Positions 49,465-58,930 are shown, counted from the stretch's first letter. The stretch is 64,000 nucleotides of DNA from a bacterium (GCA_005239895.1 SBBB01000027.1:376-64375); one strand, 5' to 3'. Notes: generated from the sequence alone by a model not told the origin. Program-made: numbers and translations.

Positions 49465-50094
49465 ATGATTAAAGCCATACTTTTTGATATTGACGGTGTT
49501 TTGTTAGATTCTTTTGAGGCAAATTTGAAATTTTTTCAAGATTTGATGCTTAGAGCTGGTTATCGCGCGCCTACACGCGAAGAATTTCCAGTAATTTTTC
49601 ATTTAAGTTTGATGGATGCAGTTAGGACTCTTACTAAGTCTGATTCAGAAGAAGAAATTAAAAGAGTATGGGAAATGGGTTATAAGCGCGAAGTTTCATA
49701 TCCTGTAGAATTATTAAATATGCCAGACGGAGCTGATAAGACCATAGCAATATTGAGTAAAAACTATTTACTTGGAATTGTTACTAGTAGAATTAAAGAA
49801 GCTGTTTATGAATCTTCTAAGCTTGCTCGTCTTGAGAAGTATTTTAAGATTGCTGTTGCGTATCAAGATACTATAAATCATAAGCCTCATCCCGAACCAT
49901 TACTTCTTGCAGCTAAAACATTAGAAGTAAATCCCAAAGAGTGTGTTTATATTGGTGATGTTGAAAACGATATTAAAGCTGCTCGCGCAGCTGGAATGAA
50001 AGTTATTATTTATTCTAAACAACAATTTAGTGAAGCTGATAAGTGTACTTCGGTATTTACCAAATTACCGGAATTAATACTAGCGTTGAAGTAA
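49465..50094 (+). CDS. HAD-IA family hydrolase
   Basis: ILFDIDGVLLDS motif I. GDVENDIKAA motif. Confidence 0.75.
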   Translation: MIKAILFDIDGVLLDSFEANLKFFQDLMLRAGYRAPTREEFPVIFHLSLMDAVRTLTKSDSEEEIKRVWEMGYKREVSYPVELLNMPDGADKTIAILSKNYLLGIVTSRIKEAVYESSKLARLEKYFKIAVAYQDTINHKPHPEPLLLAAKTLEVNPKECVYIGDVENDIKAARAAGMKVIIYSKQQFSEADKCTSVFTKLPELILALK

Positions 50095-50190
50095 AATATA
50101 AGTTTTGGATCAACATAGATGAAAATGTCAATGGAAATTATATTGATACTAGGGCTGAAATAAAAATTATTTAATAATGCAAGCCTCTAT

Positions 50191-50255
50191 CTACAACTAA
50201 ACGCGGTCGCGCCGAGTTGTAGGCAATCAATTACTTAGGAGCAAGGCACCTAAGT
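50191..50255. terminator. compound element: CTACAACT-AAACGCGGTCGCGCCG-AGTTGTAG hairpin followed by REP-like ACTTAGGAGCAAGGCACCTAAGT
   Basis: 3' of the HAD gene. Same two-part arrangement as 44975..45060. Confidence 0.55.
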
Positions 50256-50328
50256 AAACTATTGCGTGTTAATTTTTTAATGAGTAGTATAAATTTACTA
50301 GGTTTGTTTATTATAATTTTAAATAAAT

Positions 50329-50916
50329 ATGAAAACAAGGTTTATTATTGTTGGTGGCTATCCTCATAAAGCCGCGGATGAAGGAAAAGCATTTTGTGAA
50401 GAAGTTGTTAGAGGTTTTCATAATCCAGTTAAGGTTCTTAGTTGTTTATTTGCGCGTCCAATAGAAAATTGGAATATAGCCTTTGCACAAGATAGAGAGT
50501 TTTTTACAAAACATTTATTTAATATAGAAATTGATATCCAGCTAGCTAAACCAAAAACATTTACCGAACAAGTAAGATGGGCAAATTTGATATATATTCG
50601 CGGTGGCACATCAACGCATGCATTGATTGCATTGCTAAAACAGAGCGGTGAATGGCAAAAGGAGTTGATAGGAAAAACAGTTGCTGGTTCGTCTGCAGGA
50701 GCAGAAGCCATGGCGACACATTATTACAATATTGACGATTTAAAACTTGATAGTGGATTAGGGTTAGTTCCAGTTAAAGTAATTGTTCACTGGCGCTCAG
50801 ATTATAACGCACCAAATGTTGATTGGGATAAAGCATACTCAGAGTTACAAAATTATAAAGAAAGTTTGCCAATTCTTACTCTAGCCGAAGGTCAGTTTGA
50901 GGTATATGAAAAATAA
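50329..50916 (+). CDS. peptidase S51 (dipeptidase E / cyanophycinase-like) family protein
   Basis: IRGGTSTHAL and GSSAGAEAM motifs. Confidence 0.6.
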   Translation: MKTRFIIVGGYPHKAADEGKAFCEEVVRGFHNPVKVLSCLFARPIENWNIAFAQDREFFTKHLFNIEIDIQLAKPKTFTEQVRWANLIYIRGGTSTHALIALLKQSGEWQKELIGKTVAGSSAGAEAMATHYYNIDDLKLDSGLGLVPVKVIVHWRSDYNAPNVDWDKAYSELQNYKESLPILTLAEGQFEVYEK

Positions 50917-50918
50917 AT

Positions 50919-51251
50919 ATGCGTCGTAAAATTTACAACAAATTAATAAGAGATAAAATACCTGAGATTATTAAAAAGAATAAGGCTGTTCCTAAAGTTT
51001 TAGTTTTGAACGCTAAGCAATTCAAAATTGCGTTAAAAGAAAAACTAATAGAGGAAGCGAAAGAATTATTAGCAGCCAAAACTAATAAAGAAATTTTAAA
51101 TGAATTAGCAGATATTTTTGAGTTATTAGAGTCAATTGCCTTAAATAATAATATAACCATGAATCAAATTAAAAAACAAAAAGAGAAAAAGAAAAAAGAG
51201 CAAGGTGGTTTTGATAAAAAACTTTTTTTGAAATATGTTGATGAACTATAA
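50919..51251 (+). CDS. MazG-like nucleotide pyrophosphohydrolase (small all-alpha NTP-PPase)
   Basis: YNKLIRDKIPEII ... EE.KEL ... ELADIFELLE ... GGFDKK pattern. Confidence 0.55.
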   Translation: MRRKIYNKLIRDKIPEIIKKNKAVPKVLVLNAKQFKIALKEKLIEEAKELLAAKTNKEILNELADIFELLESIALNNNITMNQIKKQKEKKKKEQGGFDKKLFLKYVDEL

Positions 51252-51370
51252 GGATGCATAATTTTAAGTTTAATTTTTTTTGATTACAAGCATCAACTAC
51301 TCTTGACAAAGTGTCAATTATCCTGTATAATATATACTTGTTAGTTGAAATTTTGATTTAACAGGCTAAG

Positions 51371-51506
51371 GCGACGGTAGCTCAGCGGTAGAGCGCTTGT
51401 TCAGTATAGAGGAGAGTCACCGTCACACTTTTTGGTCGTAATTAATGACCGAAACTCTTTACGTTTTACGACAAGAGGTCGGGGGTTCAAATCCTCCTCG
51501 TCGCTC
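51371..51506 (+). tRNA. tRNA-like gene interrupted by a ~63-65-nt insertion in the anticodon loop (candidate intron; isotype unresolved)
   Basis: Canonical acceptor GCGACGG/TCGTCGC, U8A9, D-arm GCTC-AGCGGTA-GAGC, anticodon stem CTTGT (51396-51400) / ACAAG (51471-51475) separated by 70 nt, variable AGGTC, T-arm GGGGG-TTCAAAT-CCTCC. Confidence 0.5.
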
Positions 51507-51525
51507 CTAGCCTTAAAAAGATTGA

Positions 51526-51603
51526 GGCAATGTAGCTCTATTATGAGCACTTTCTGTTCGCAGAAAGGGGATTACGGGTCAATGATTCGTAATTGCATTG
51601 CCT
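51526..51603 (+). ncRNA. candidate small structured RNA / complex terminator downstream of the interrupted tRNA
   Basis: Closing stem AGGCAATG/CATTGCCT enclosing three hairpins, including CTTTCTG-UUCG-CAGAAAG tetraloop and ATTACG...CGTAAT. U-rich tract follows. Confidence 0.25.
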
Positions 51604-51709
51604 TTTGCCATATTTATTATTTTTGTTTTAAAATTTTAGGGTTTTTATTTATTTTGATCTTGAAAATATCACGGACGCCATAGCACACTGAATTAAATGC
51701 TATGGCGTT

Positions 51710-52591
51710 TTAGTATAGTTCGAATTGTAGTTCAGGTTTACCAAACTCTTTTAAGGTGTGTTTAACCGAAGCTTCAGCTGCCGCACGGAGTTTGTTAGGA
51801 TTTCTGGTTAGTTCGTGTATATCCATATTAGGTGGCCAAAGAATATGTATATTCTCAGCATTATTTGCAAAATCAATTCCTTTAACAAAGTTTTGATGTC
51901 GCAAAAGTGTTTTTGTTTTTATAACACTGGTTAAGTGTGTTAAAAACAAATTTACGAATATACGTTCAGTGAAAGTTGCTATGTGTTTTTTTTCTTGGGG
52001 ACAATTTGGTAACACCAACACATGAGTTGGTGAAAAGTCTCTCATTACTTTTTGAATTGGAAAAGGTAAAGCTATACCTCCATCCATATAAAGACCATTA
52101 TTAACTTTTAAGGGTTTTTTGTATGCTAGGGGTATGGCTGAAGAAGCATATAGTGCTGACCAAGGTGATGGGTTGGCTTTTTTTACATCTAGAAAATGTC
52201 CTGTTCCGTTTATATCTGTTACTCCCACAAAAAAATCAGATGTTGTCCTGTAAACTGCATTGATATCTAATTTTTTAGATCCCATGGAAGTAGTATTTTC
52301 AATTATCGAGGCATTCATCAAGAAAGGAAAGTTTTTAAGGGATATATATTTTGAAGAGGCGAAAGGTTTATAGTAGATTGAATTACCTGTTTTAATTGAT
52401 TCTAGTCCTGCTAAATGATATGCTCCTACCCATGCTCCTGTTGAAATGCCTACGACAATGTCAACGGCATATCCTAGTCCCATAAGGTGCAACGCGTAAC
52501 AAGCTGCCGCGCTATTAACACCCAGATTACCTCCTCCCAAAATGAGGAGAAGTATTTTAATGTTTTTGTGCCGAGGATCATTAGCATCCAT
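51710..52591 (-). CDS. patatin-like phospholipase
   Basis: GGGNLG oxyanion motif, GISTGA (GxSxG) nucleophile elbow, DGG. ATG at 52591 preferred over the track's TTG at 52642. Confidence 0.75.
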   Translation of the reverse strand: MDANDPRHKNIKILLLILGGGNLGVNSAAACYALHLMGLGYAVDIVVGISTGAWVGAYHLAGLESIKTGNSIYYKPFASSKYISLKNFPFLMNASIIENTTSMGSKKLDINAVYRTTSDFFVGVTDINGTGHFLDVKKANPSPWSALYASSAIPLAYKKPLKVNNGLYMDGGIALPFPIQKVMRDFSPTHVLVLPNCPQEKKHIATFTERIFVNLFLTHLTSVIKTKTLLRHQNFVKGIDFANNAENIHILWPPNMDIHELTRNPNKLRAAAEASVKHTLKEFGKPELQFELY

Positions 52592-52770
52592 TAATTGTTT
52601 TTTCTTCCAAATCTGCGTAATTACAGTTTTTTCTGTGTTCAATGCATCCTCCTTTCTGGTCAGTTGTTTTTCTGTTTAGTTGTTAACACCGAAACGATAA
52701 AATTATAGTAGTATGTATTAAGTGACAAGTCAAGATCATAAATTGTGATATGGCATATCTAAATTTGAGA

Positions 52771-52799
52771 TTGACAATTTGAGTAGATTTTGATATAAT
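52771..52799 (+). promoter_or_regulatory. consensus sigma70-type promoter (-35 TTGACA 52771-52776, 17-bp spacer, -10 TATAAT 52794-52799)
   Basis: Perfect hexamers. ATG at 52808 lies about 8-9 nt after the -10, implying a leaderless or near-leaderless mRNA. Confidence 0.5.
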
Positions 52800-52807
52800 T
52801 TAATTAT

Positions 52808-53032
52808 ATGAAATTAAGACCAGAGTTATTTTGGGATACGAATATTAAAAATATTGATTTAAGAAAACATGCTCAGTATATTATTGAAAAAGTAGCTGAT
52901 TTTGGTCACGATAATGAAGTGCGCTGGGTATTAAATTTATATAGTAAAAAATTATTAAGAAAAGTTATTGCTAAATCTAGGTGTTTACGTCCCGAAACAA
53001 AAGCTCTATGGGTTTTACTATTAAAAAAATAA
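52808..53032 (+). CDS. small conserved partner protein of an AbiEii-like nucleotidyltransferase (paralog of 30859..31119)
   Basis: 74 aa. LFWDTN... pattern shared with the first copy. Confidence 0.4.
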   Translation: MKLRPELFWDTNIKNIDLRKHAQYIIEKVADFGHDNEVRWVLNLYSKKLLRKVIAKSRCLRPETKALWVLLLKK

Positions 53033-53046
53033 ACAATAATCAAGAT

Positions 53047-53712
53047 ATGGTTTTGGGTGATGTACATTGGCATTATGAAACATTACCGCGCAGTACAAAA
53101 AAGGCTTTTATTTTTTTGTCTGAACAAAAGTGGTTAAAAAAGTCAAATTGGTATTTAGCTGGTGGTACGGCTTTAGCTCTTTGGTGTGGCAATCGTAAAT
53201 CTTTGGATTTAGATTTTTTTATTAAAGATAAAGATTTTACTGACAATCAGGTCTTGAAATATTTTATAGGAAATAAAAATTGGAAACTTGAATTAAATAA
53301 AGAGAATACAATATTTGCAAAATTATTTAATGCTAAAATAAGTTTTATTAGTTATCCATTTTTTGAACCTAGACAGGATTTAGTGTGGCATGGGTCGGTT
53401 CGTGTATTGCATCCGATTGATATTGCAGTTATGAAAATTATAGCCATATCTCAGCGCGGTAAAAAGAGAGATTTTTTTGATTTATATTGGTGCGCTCATA
53501 ATATTGAACTTTTGACAAGAACAATTAAAAGACTTAAAGTCCAATATCCATTGGTTGTGCATAATTACCATCATATTTTAAAAAGTTTAGTATATTTTGA
53601 TGATGCAGAAAATGATCCTGAGCCAGAAATTTACTTTAATGCCAGTTGGAGTAAAGTAAAAAAGTTTTTTACTAAAGAGATTTCTATTATTGCGGATCGT
53701 ATTTTGCGTTAA
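53047..53712 (+). CDS. AbiEii/DUF1814-family nucleotidyltransferase (second copy)
   Basis: AGGTALALWCGNRKSLDLDFF and RGKKRDFFDLYW motifs. ATG at 53047 chosen (track ORF opens at GTG 52981, overlapping the small ORF). Confidence 0.6.
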   Translation: MVLGDVHWHYETLPRSTKKAFIFLSEQKWLKKSNWYLAGGTALALWCGNRKSLDLDFFIKDKDFTDNQVLKYFIGNKNWKLELNKENTIFAKLFNAKISFISYPFFEPRQDLVWHGSVRVLHPIDIAVMKIIAISQRGKKRDFFDLYWCAHNIELLTRTIKRLKVQYPLVVHNYHHILKSLVYFDDAENDPEPEIYFNASWSKVKKFFTKEISIIADRILR

Positions 53713-53717
53713 AATGA

Positions 53718-54416
53718 TTAATTAGTGAGTAAGACTGTTTTGGATCGCATAATTTTTTCAGCTTTTTTTAAATCTTCAGGATAACCAATAGGAATCCAAA
53801 AATTAGCTTTAACTGCTATAATTTTATACTCTTTAGCCAATTGAGCCAAAGAATCAGTGATATAATATTCTCCATTAGAATGTTGAATCAATGGATATTT
53901 AAAAATTCTATAATCTAAAATTAGAGCGCCGGTTATTATTAAATTAGATTCAGGTTTTTTGGGTTTTTCAGTAATTTCTAAAATTTTGTTATTTTTATCT
54001 ATGGTTACAACCCCGAATTGTTGAGGATTTTTTACAGATTTTACAGATACAGCCAGAGGATATTTTAATAGTTTTTCCAAATCTTTTTTAGAGTGAAGAT
54101 CATCACCATTAAGCATTAAAAATTTTTTCTTCCCTAAAAGTCTTTTACAAAGATGAAGGGCGTGCGCTGTTCCAGTTGCTTCTTTTTGTTCAATATATGT
54201 GATTTTAAATCTTCCAAATTTTTTACCAAAATATTTTTTTATGATTGGATTCAAATAACCAATTACTAAAATAACTTCATCTATTTCGTCTGGCAGGGTA
54301 TTTAAAATATGGCAAAGCAATGGTTTATCTAAAAGTTTAACCATGGCTTTAGGGCAACTATTTGTAAGGGGTCGCATGCGAGTTCCGTTGCCAGCAGCTA
54401 AAATGACGGCGATCAT
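53718..54416 (-). CDS. sugar-phosphate nucleotidyltransferase (NTP_transferase domain)
   Basis: MIAVILAAGNGTRMRPLT...PK.M signature. Confidence 0.75.
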   Translation of the reverse strand: MIAVILAAGNGTRMRPLTNSCPKAMVKLLDKPLLCHILNTLPDEIDEVILVIGYLNPIIKKYFGKKFGRFKITYIEQKEATGTAHALHLCKRLLGKKKFLMLNGDDLHSKKDLEKLLKYPLAVSVKSVKNPQQFGVVTIDKNNKILEITEKPKKPESNLIITGALILDYRIFKYPLIQHSNGEYYITDSLAQLAKEYKIIAVKANFWIPIGYPEDLKKAEKIMRSKTVLLTN

Positions 54417-54688
54417 AAAATATAATATTATTAAAAATTATTTTTTAAACCTTAAATTTGCTGGGCTTGTCCAGCCGTAGATTTATACTTGATATGTGTA
54501 GTTAACAAATAAGCAGTAATAATCTTACTCAGATATAGATAAATTTATTCTGAAATCTACAGCCGGGTTGACTAAAATAACTATAAATAATATATTAACA
54601 CAAAGCTAGCATAACTAGCTAGAAAAAAGTAGAAACCTATACTGCATTGAGTGGTATGGTTAATACTTTATAACCAAGGAGGCATGTC

Positions 54689-55036
54689 GTGAAGAAAAAC
54701 GGAAATAAGTTTGGTGTTTGGAACTGTTTAGTTGTGTCTGTATTAGTGTTAACAATGATTTATCTAGAGAAATCATTGTTAAAAGCAGTGGTTATTGCCA
54801 TTGAACTAAGTGCGATTGTTAATATGGTATTACCATATTTTGTTTTTAAGAGAATATTGTTGGGTCGTTTTTCAATCAGTATTGGTTTTATGAGTGCCAT
54901 GTCTTTTATTCCAATTTGGAGTTTGGCCTATCCTTTTTGGTACGCGCGACCCAATTTGTTTTATGTTATGATGGTTGTGATTGTAACTGCGTATTGCGGA
55001 TGTATTTCCCGTGTGTATCTGCATTACAGTCAATAG
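54689..55036 (+). CDS. hypothetical small membrane protein
   Basis: 3 TM helices. Hairpin CCCCTTCGGC...GCTGAAGGGG at 55059-55098 downstream. Confidence 0.35.
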   Translation: MKKNGNKFGVWNCLVVSVLVLTMIYLEKSLLKAVVIAIELSAIVNMVLPYFVFKRILLGRFSISIGFMSAMSFIPIWSLAYPFWYARPNLFYVMMVVIVTAYCGCISRVYLHYSQ

Positions 55037-55537
55037 TAGTAAATTTAAGGAGATATTAATTTTACCCCTTCGGCTTATTTTATTATGGCTGAAGGGGTAT
55101 CTTGTGTTTAATTTTTAATATTAAAAAAGTCGATATTAAATCGACTGCTTATAACGCAAGACTTCACGCATTTGGCCTGTATTTTTTGGCTTTTATAACC
55201 AGTTTGAGTTATGTTTTGAAAAAATTCAAATAACCTTACTATCAATATTCTTCTTTTAACGACTTATGGTCCTAAAAAGCGTATAATGAAAGCTAACTCA
55301 ATTAGATTTTACCTGCCTTACGTAAACGAACGATAAGACATGACTCAAATCTTGTATACAGTTGTTGTCCCAAAAAATGTACCAAATAGTGAAGCTTGCT
55401 CCAATTACACTAGTAATTGGATATTATTATTATAACACAGGCTATTTAAGGGCGCAATAGCTTGTCAAGACCTGGGGTAGAATTAAGAATTACGAATCAA
55501 GGTTTTAAGCGTTAATTTAAGCTTATTACTGTCTTGT

Positions 55538-55840
55538 TTGTCATTCCCGCGTTCAGCCTTCGTTCAGCCTTCGTAGCCATAGGCTACTATGGCGCGGAGT
55601 AGGCTAGCCGTAGCTACTACGGTCGCTTACGCTCCATAGCTTCAGCGACGGAGCGCGAAGTAGGCCAGGCGGGAATCCAGGAGCGGATTCATTAAAAATA
55701 AACCTGGATCCCCGGGTCAAGCCCCGTTAGAGATTATAAAAACCAATGTTATCTATTTTAGATACAACTATGATTACTAGCTTATTTAATTACAAGTATC
55801 AGGTATAGATCTCTAACGGGGTCAAGCCCGAGGATGACAG
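55538..55840. repeat. MITE-like GC-rich palindromic element (copy 3, about 300 bp, nested)
   Basis: TGTCATTCCCGCG terminus ... GGATGACAG terminus. Internal palindromes GCCATAGGCTACTATGGC and CCGTAGCTACTACGG. GGGAATCCAGGAGCG module. 14-bp inverted repeat GCCCCGTTAGAGAT / ATCTCTAACGGGGTC flanking a 67-bp AT-rich core. Confidence 0.65.
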
Positions 55841-55930
55841 AAAAAATAATAATTTTATTACTTTCTATCCTTCAGGTTTAAAACCCTCAGGCCTTCGGCT
55901 CTGAGGCTCAGGCTTGAAGAGACCTTCGGC

Positions 55931-56698
55931 TTAAATCGTGAGGATTACAGGTCCATTATCTGTAATTACAATAGTGTGTTCAAAGTGAGCTGCTAAACTA
56001 TGATCGGAGGTTGCGTATGTAAATCCATCGTTTAGAAGTTGAACTTCCCAAGACCCCACATTAACCATAGGTTCAATAGCCAAAACCATTCCGGTTTGTA
56101 ATTTAATATCTTGAGAATATTTGCCTATAAAATTAGGAATCATAGGTTCTTCGTGAACGTTTTTTCCAACCCCATGTCCAACTAAAGCCTTTACAACTGA
56201 AAAATTATTTTTTTCAACATAATGCTGGATAACGGTTGAAATATTTTTTATACTATTGCCAGGCTTGGCTTCTTGTATTCCAACCAACATAGCTTCTTGT
56301 GTTACTCTAATTAATTTAGAAGCTTGATTAGAAATATTGCCAACCCCAACAGTTACAGCGTGGTCGGTAAAATATTCTTTATATTTCATTCCAATATCTA
56401 TACTAATAATATCTCCGGGTTTTAAAGTTTTAGCTGGCAGAGCTGGGCAGTGCACAACGTGATCATTGATGGATGCGCAAATTGTGGTGGGATAGGGGGT
56501 TGAGTGTTTTTTAATTTTATATCCCTTAAAAGATGGTACTCCTCCAGTTTTTAAAATTAACTGTTCAGCGTATTCATCTAATTGTTGAGTTGTGACTCCA
56601 GGTTTAACCAACTCCAGTATTTTTCGTAAAATATCAGCCAAAAGTTTGCCACCTTCGCTAATAATTTTAATTTCTTCCGCATTATAAATATTTATCAT
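55931..56698 (-). CDS. map: type I methionine aminopeptidase
   Basis: Pita-bread metal ligands. HGVGKNVHEEP, LAIEPMV. Confidence 0.9.
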   Translation of the reverse strand: MINIYNAEEIKIISEGGKLLADILRKILELVKPGVTTQQLDEYAEQLILKTGGVPSFKGYKIKKHSTPYPTTICASINDHVVHCPALPAKTLKPGDIISIDIGMKYKEYFTDHAVTVGVGNISNQASKLIRVTQEAMLVGIQEAKPGNSIKNISTVIQHYVEKNNFSVVKALVGHGVGKNVHEEPMIPNFIGKYSQDIKLQTGMVLAIEPMVNVGSWEVQLLNDGFTYATSDHSLAAHFEHTIVITDNGPVILTI

Positions 56699-57942
56699 AT
56701 TTTAGTTTGAATATCTGTGGTTTTAGATAGAATTTTTCCTTTATATAATTGAGTTGTAATAATATCTCCGGGTTGAACCTGCGAAATATCTTTAATAATC
56801 AAGTTGTCAAGATAAGTGATGCTATATCCTTTAGAAAGGATAGTCAAGGGGTTTAGGTTGTTTAATAAACTTAATTTATGATCAAGGTCTCGTTGGGCGT
56901 TTTGTAAGTTATGTTGAATCATAGTGATTAATTTTAAATTGAGATTTAATATAGTCTGGGACTTTAATAGTAAAAATTGTGCGTAAGTTTTTACAGTTCT
57001 TTTATAATGTTCGTAAACTAAAATAGCCCGGTGAGAGAATTTAGCAAAAACATATTCGATTTTATCTACATAGTTAGATATGTTATTTGAGTGTTGTTTA
57101 ATAATATAGGATACGTGCGTGTGAGCCATGTGTGTATAATTGTTTATTTTATTTTGTATTTCTAGGCGATCAGGCACAACGATCATCGCGGCATTAGTTG
57201 GGGTTGACGCGCGACAATCCGCTACTAGATCTGCGATGGTAATGTCTCTTTCGTGCCCTATTCCAGTTAGGACTGGTATTTTAGATCCAAAAATAGCGCG
57301 GGCTACACTTTCTAAATTAAACGCTTGTAAGTCAGCTAAAGATCCACCTCCACGAGTTAGAATTATTACATCCACTAAATTTTGTTGATTCAAATATTTT
57401 ATAGCTCTAACTATTTGGGATTCAGCGGATGGTCCTTGGACAGCTACCGGTGCTAAATAAATTTGTAATCCTGTCCATCTATTATTTAAAATTCGTAAAA
57501 TATCAGTGTACGCCGCAGCATCTTTAGAGGTAATTATACCAATTGTATTTGGAAAAGTTGGCAAGGGGCGTTTGCGTTCGAGGTTAAACAAGCCTTCCGT
57601 TGTTAATTTAGCTTGTAAAATTTGAAAAGCCCTGAGGAGCGAACCTTGTCCCAGCAATGTAATACTGGAAACGCGAACATGAAACATTCCTGAAGTTTGA
57701 AATAAAGAAGGGGTTCCTGTAATTTGAACCTCCATACCATTTTCAATTTCAACCTTCAACTCCCAGATCATAGCAAAACACAACACCCTCGATTTTTTGT
57801 CTTTTAATTCAAAATACACGAGACTATCGCGGCTGATTTTAAAATCCGCAACTTCTCCGTACACGTTTATTTCTCCTATTAATTCGCCTAAGGTATTTTT
57901 CACCAATTCATTGAATTGAGAAACACTTAAACCTGTTTGCAT
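56695..57942 (-). CDS. xseA: exodeoxyribonuclease VII large subunit
   Basis: N-terminal OB fold (GEVADFKISRDSLVYFELKD), catalytic core. ATG at 57942 with AAGGA RBS (track ORF extends to 58020). Confidence 0.8.
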   Translation of the reverse strand: MQTGLSVSQFNELVKNTLGELIGEINVYGEVADFKISRDSLVYFELKDKKSRVLCFAMIWELKVEIENGMEVQITGTPSLFQTSGMFHVRVSSITLLGQGSLLRAFQILQAKLTTEGLFNLERKRPLPTFPNTIGIITSKDAAAYTDILRILNNRWTGLQIYLAPVAVQGPSAESQIVRAIKYLNQQNLVDVIILTRGGGSLADLQAFNLESVARAIFGSKIPVLTGIGHERDITIADLVADCRASTPTNAAMIVVPDRLEIQNKINNYTHMAHTHVSYIIKQHSNNISNYVDKIEYVFAKFSHRAILVYEHYKRTVKTYAQFLLLKSQTILNLNLKLITMIQHNLQNAQRDLDHKLSLLNNLNPLTILSKGYSITYLDNLIIKDISQVQPGDIITTQLYKGKILSKTTDIQTKI

Positions 57943-57979
57943 AATTATATTAAAAATCCTTGTAAGGAAAGTGTGATTA

Positions 57980-58231
57980 CTAGTCGGTATTATTTTCGGA
58001 GTCAGAATCTTGGAATACAATATTTATATCATTCTCATCAAATGTTTGTTTAATGGTTTTAACTGTGTTCTCTATTTCATTTAGTCTTTTTTTAAGTTGC
58101 TGCGCCAATTCCATTCCATGTTTAAATTTTTTTAAAGTTTCGTCCAGATCAGTTGGGTTGGTTTCTAGAAATTCCGTGATTTTTTGCAACTCATTCAATG
58201 TTTTTTCAAAGTTAAATTTTTTGTCAGACAT
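57980..58231 (-). CDS. xseB: exodeoxyribonuclease VII small subunit
   Basis: 83 aa. FEKTLNELQKITEFLE helical XseB signature. Confidence 0.75.
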   Translation of the reverse strand: MSDKKFNFEKTLNELQKITEFLETNPTDLDETLKKFKHGMELAQQLKKRLNEIENTVKTIKQTFDENDINIVFQDSDSENNTD

Positions 58232-58354
58232 ACCAAATAAAAATAATTGAAAATAAATGTTACTTATTTAATGATAAATTACTTATTTCACATTGTCAAT
58301 TTTTGTTAGCGATGCTACAATAATAGTGTCGCAATCAATAATTAATAATAAGTT

Positions 58355-58882
58355 ATGTTAGATATAGATGTAATTTTGCAACATTTAGATTTAGAGCATG
58401 GTATCAGTGTGGCGGATTTGGGTTGCGGTGGTTGCGGTCATTTTTTGTTTCCCATTAGCGCTAAAGTAGGTAATAGTGGAAAGGTATATGGCATTGATAT
58501 TCTTAAACCTAACTTAAGTGCTTTACGCGGTAAAATCAACACTCAAAGAGCTTCAAATATTGAATTATTGCACGGAGATATTGAGCAATATAAAACTTTA
58601 TACCTTGAACCTCAAACTATAGATCGCGTTTTATTAGTTAATACCTTGTTTCAAATGAAATCTTTAGGTGATGTTTTGAGAACGATTGCATATTTATTGC
58701 ATCCGTTAGGTAAATTAGTAGTTGTAGATTGGGATACAAATATTAAACATCAGTTAAGTTCTGCGGTTGCTTCTAAACACACCCAAGCCGATCTAAAAAT
58801 GCAAGCTGCTAAACACGGATTAAAAGAATTGCAAGTATTTAATCCTTCTAAATATCATTACGGAACAATAATGGGATACTAA
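58355..58882 (+). CDS. class I SAM-dependent methyltransferase
   Basis: VADLGCGGCGHF motif I. Confidence 0.6.
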   Translation: MLDIDVILQHLDLEHGISVADLGCGGCGHFLFPISAKVGNSGKVYGIDILKPNLSALRGKINTQRASNIELLHGDIEQYKTLYLEPQTIDRVLLVNTLFQMKSLGDVLRTIAYLLHPLGKLVVVDWDTNIKHQLSSAVASKHTQADLKMQAAKHGLKELQVFNPSKYHYGTIMGY

Positions 58883-58930
58883 ACAGAAAACAGGATTTAG
58901 CTTGTAGCTTGTAGGTTAGGATTTAAGATT

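Noticed and set aside
51432-51683. 83-aa ORF
   Set aside because: Overlaps the tRNA-like gene and the structured RNA region; no coding signal.
51370-51700. tmRNA or RNase P RNA
   Set aside because: Too short (about 230 nt total); lacks the tmRNA tag reading frame/pseudoknots and the RNase P conserved regions. Only a tRNA-like fold plus a small structured element is seen.
51710-53712. CBASS system (patatin effector + nucleotidyltransferase)
   Set aside because: The NTase has AbiEii/DUF1814 motifs rather than a CD-NTase/DncV-like fold. It is on the opposite strand with its own partner ORF and promoter. Treated as neighbouring defence genes, not a CBASS operon.
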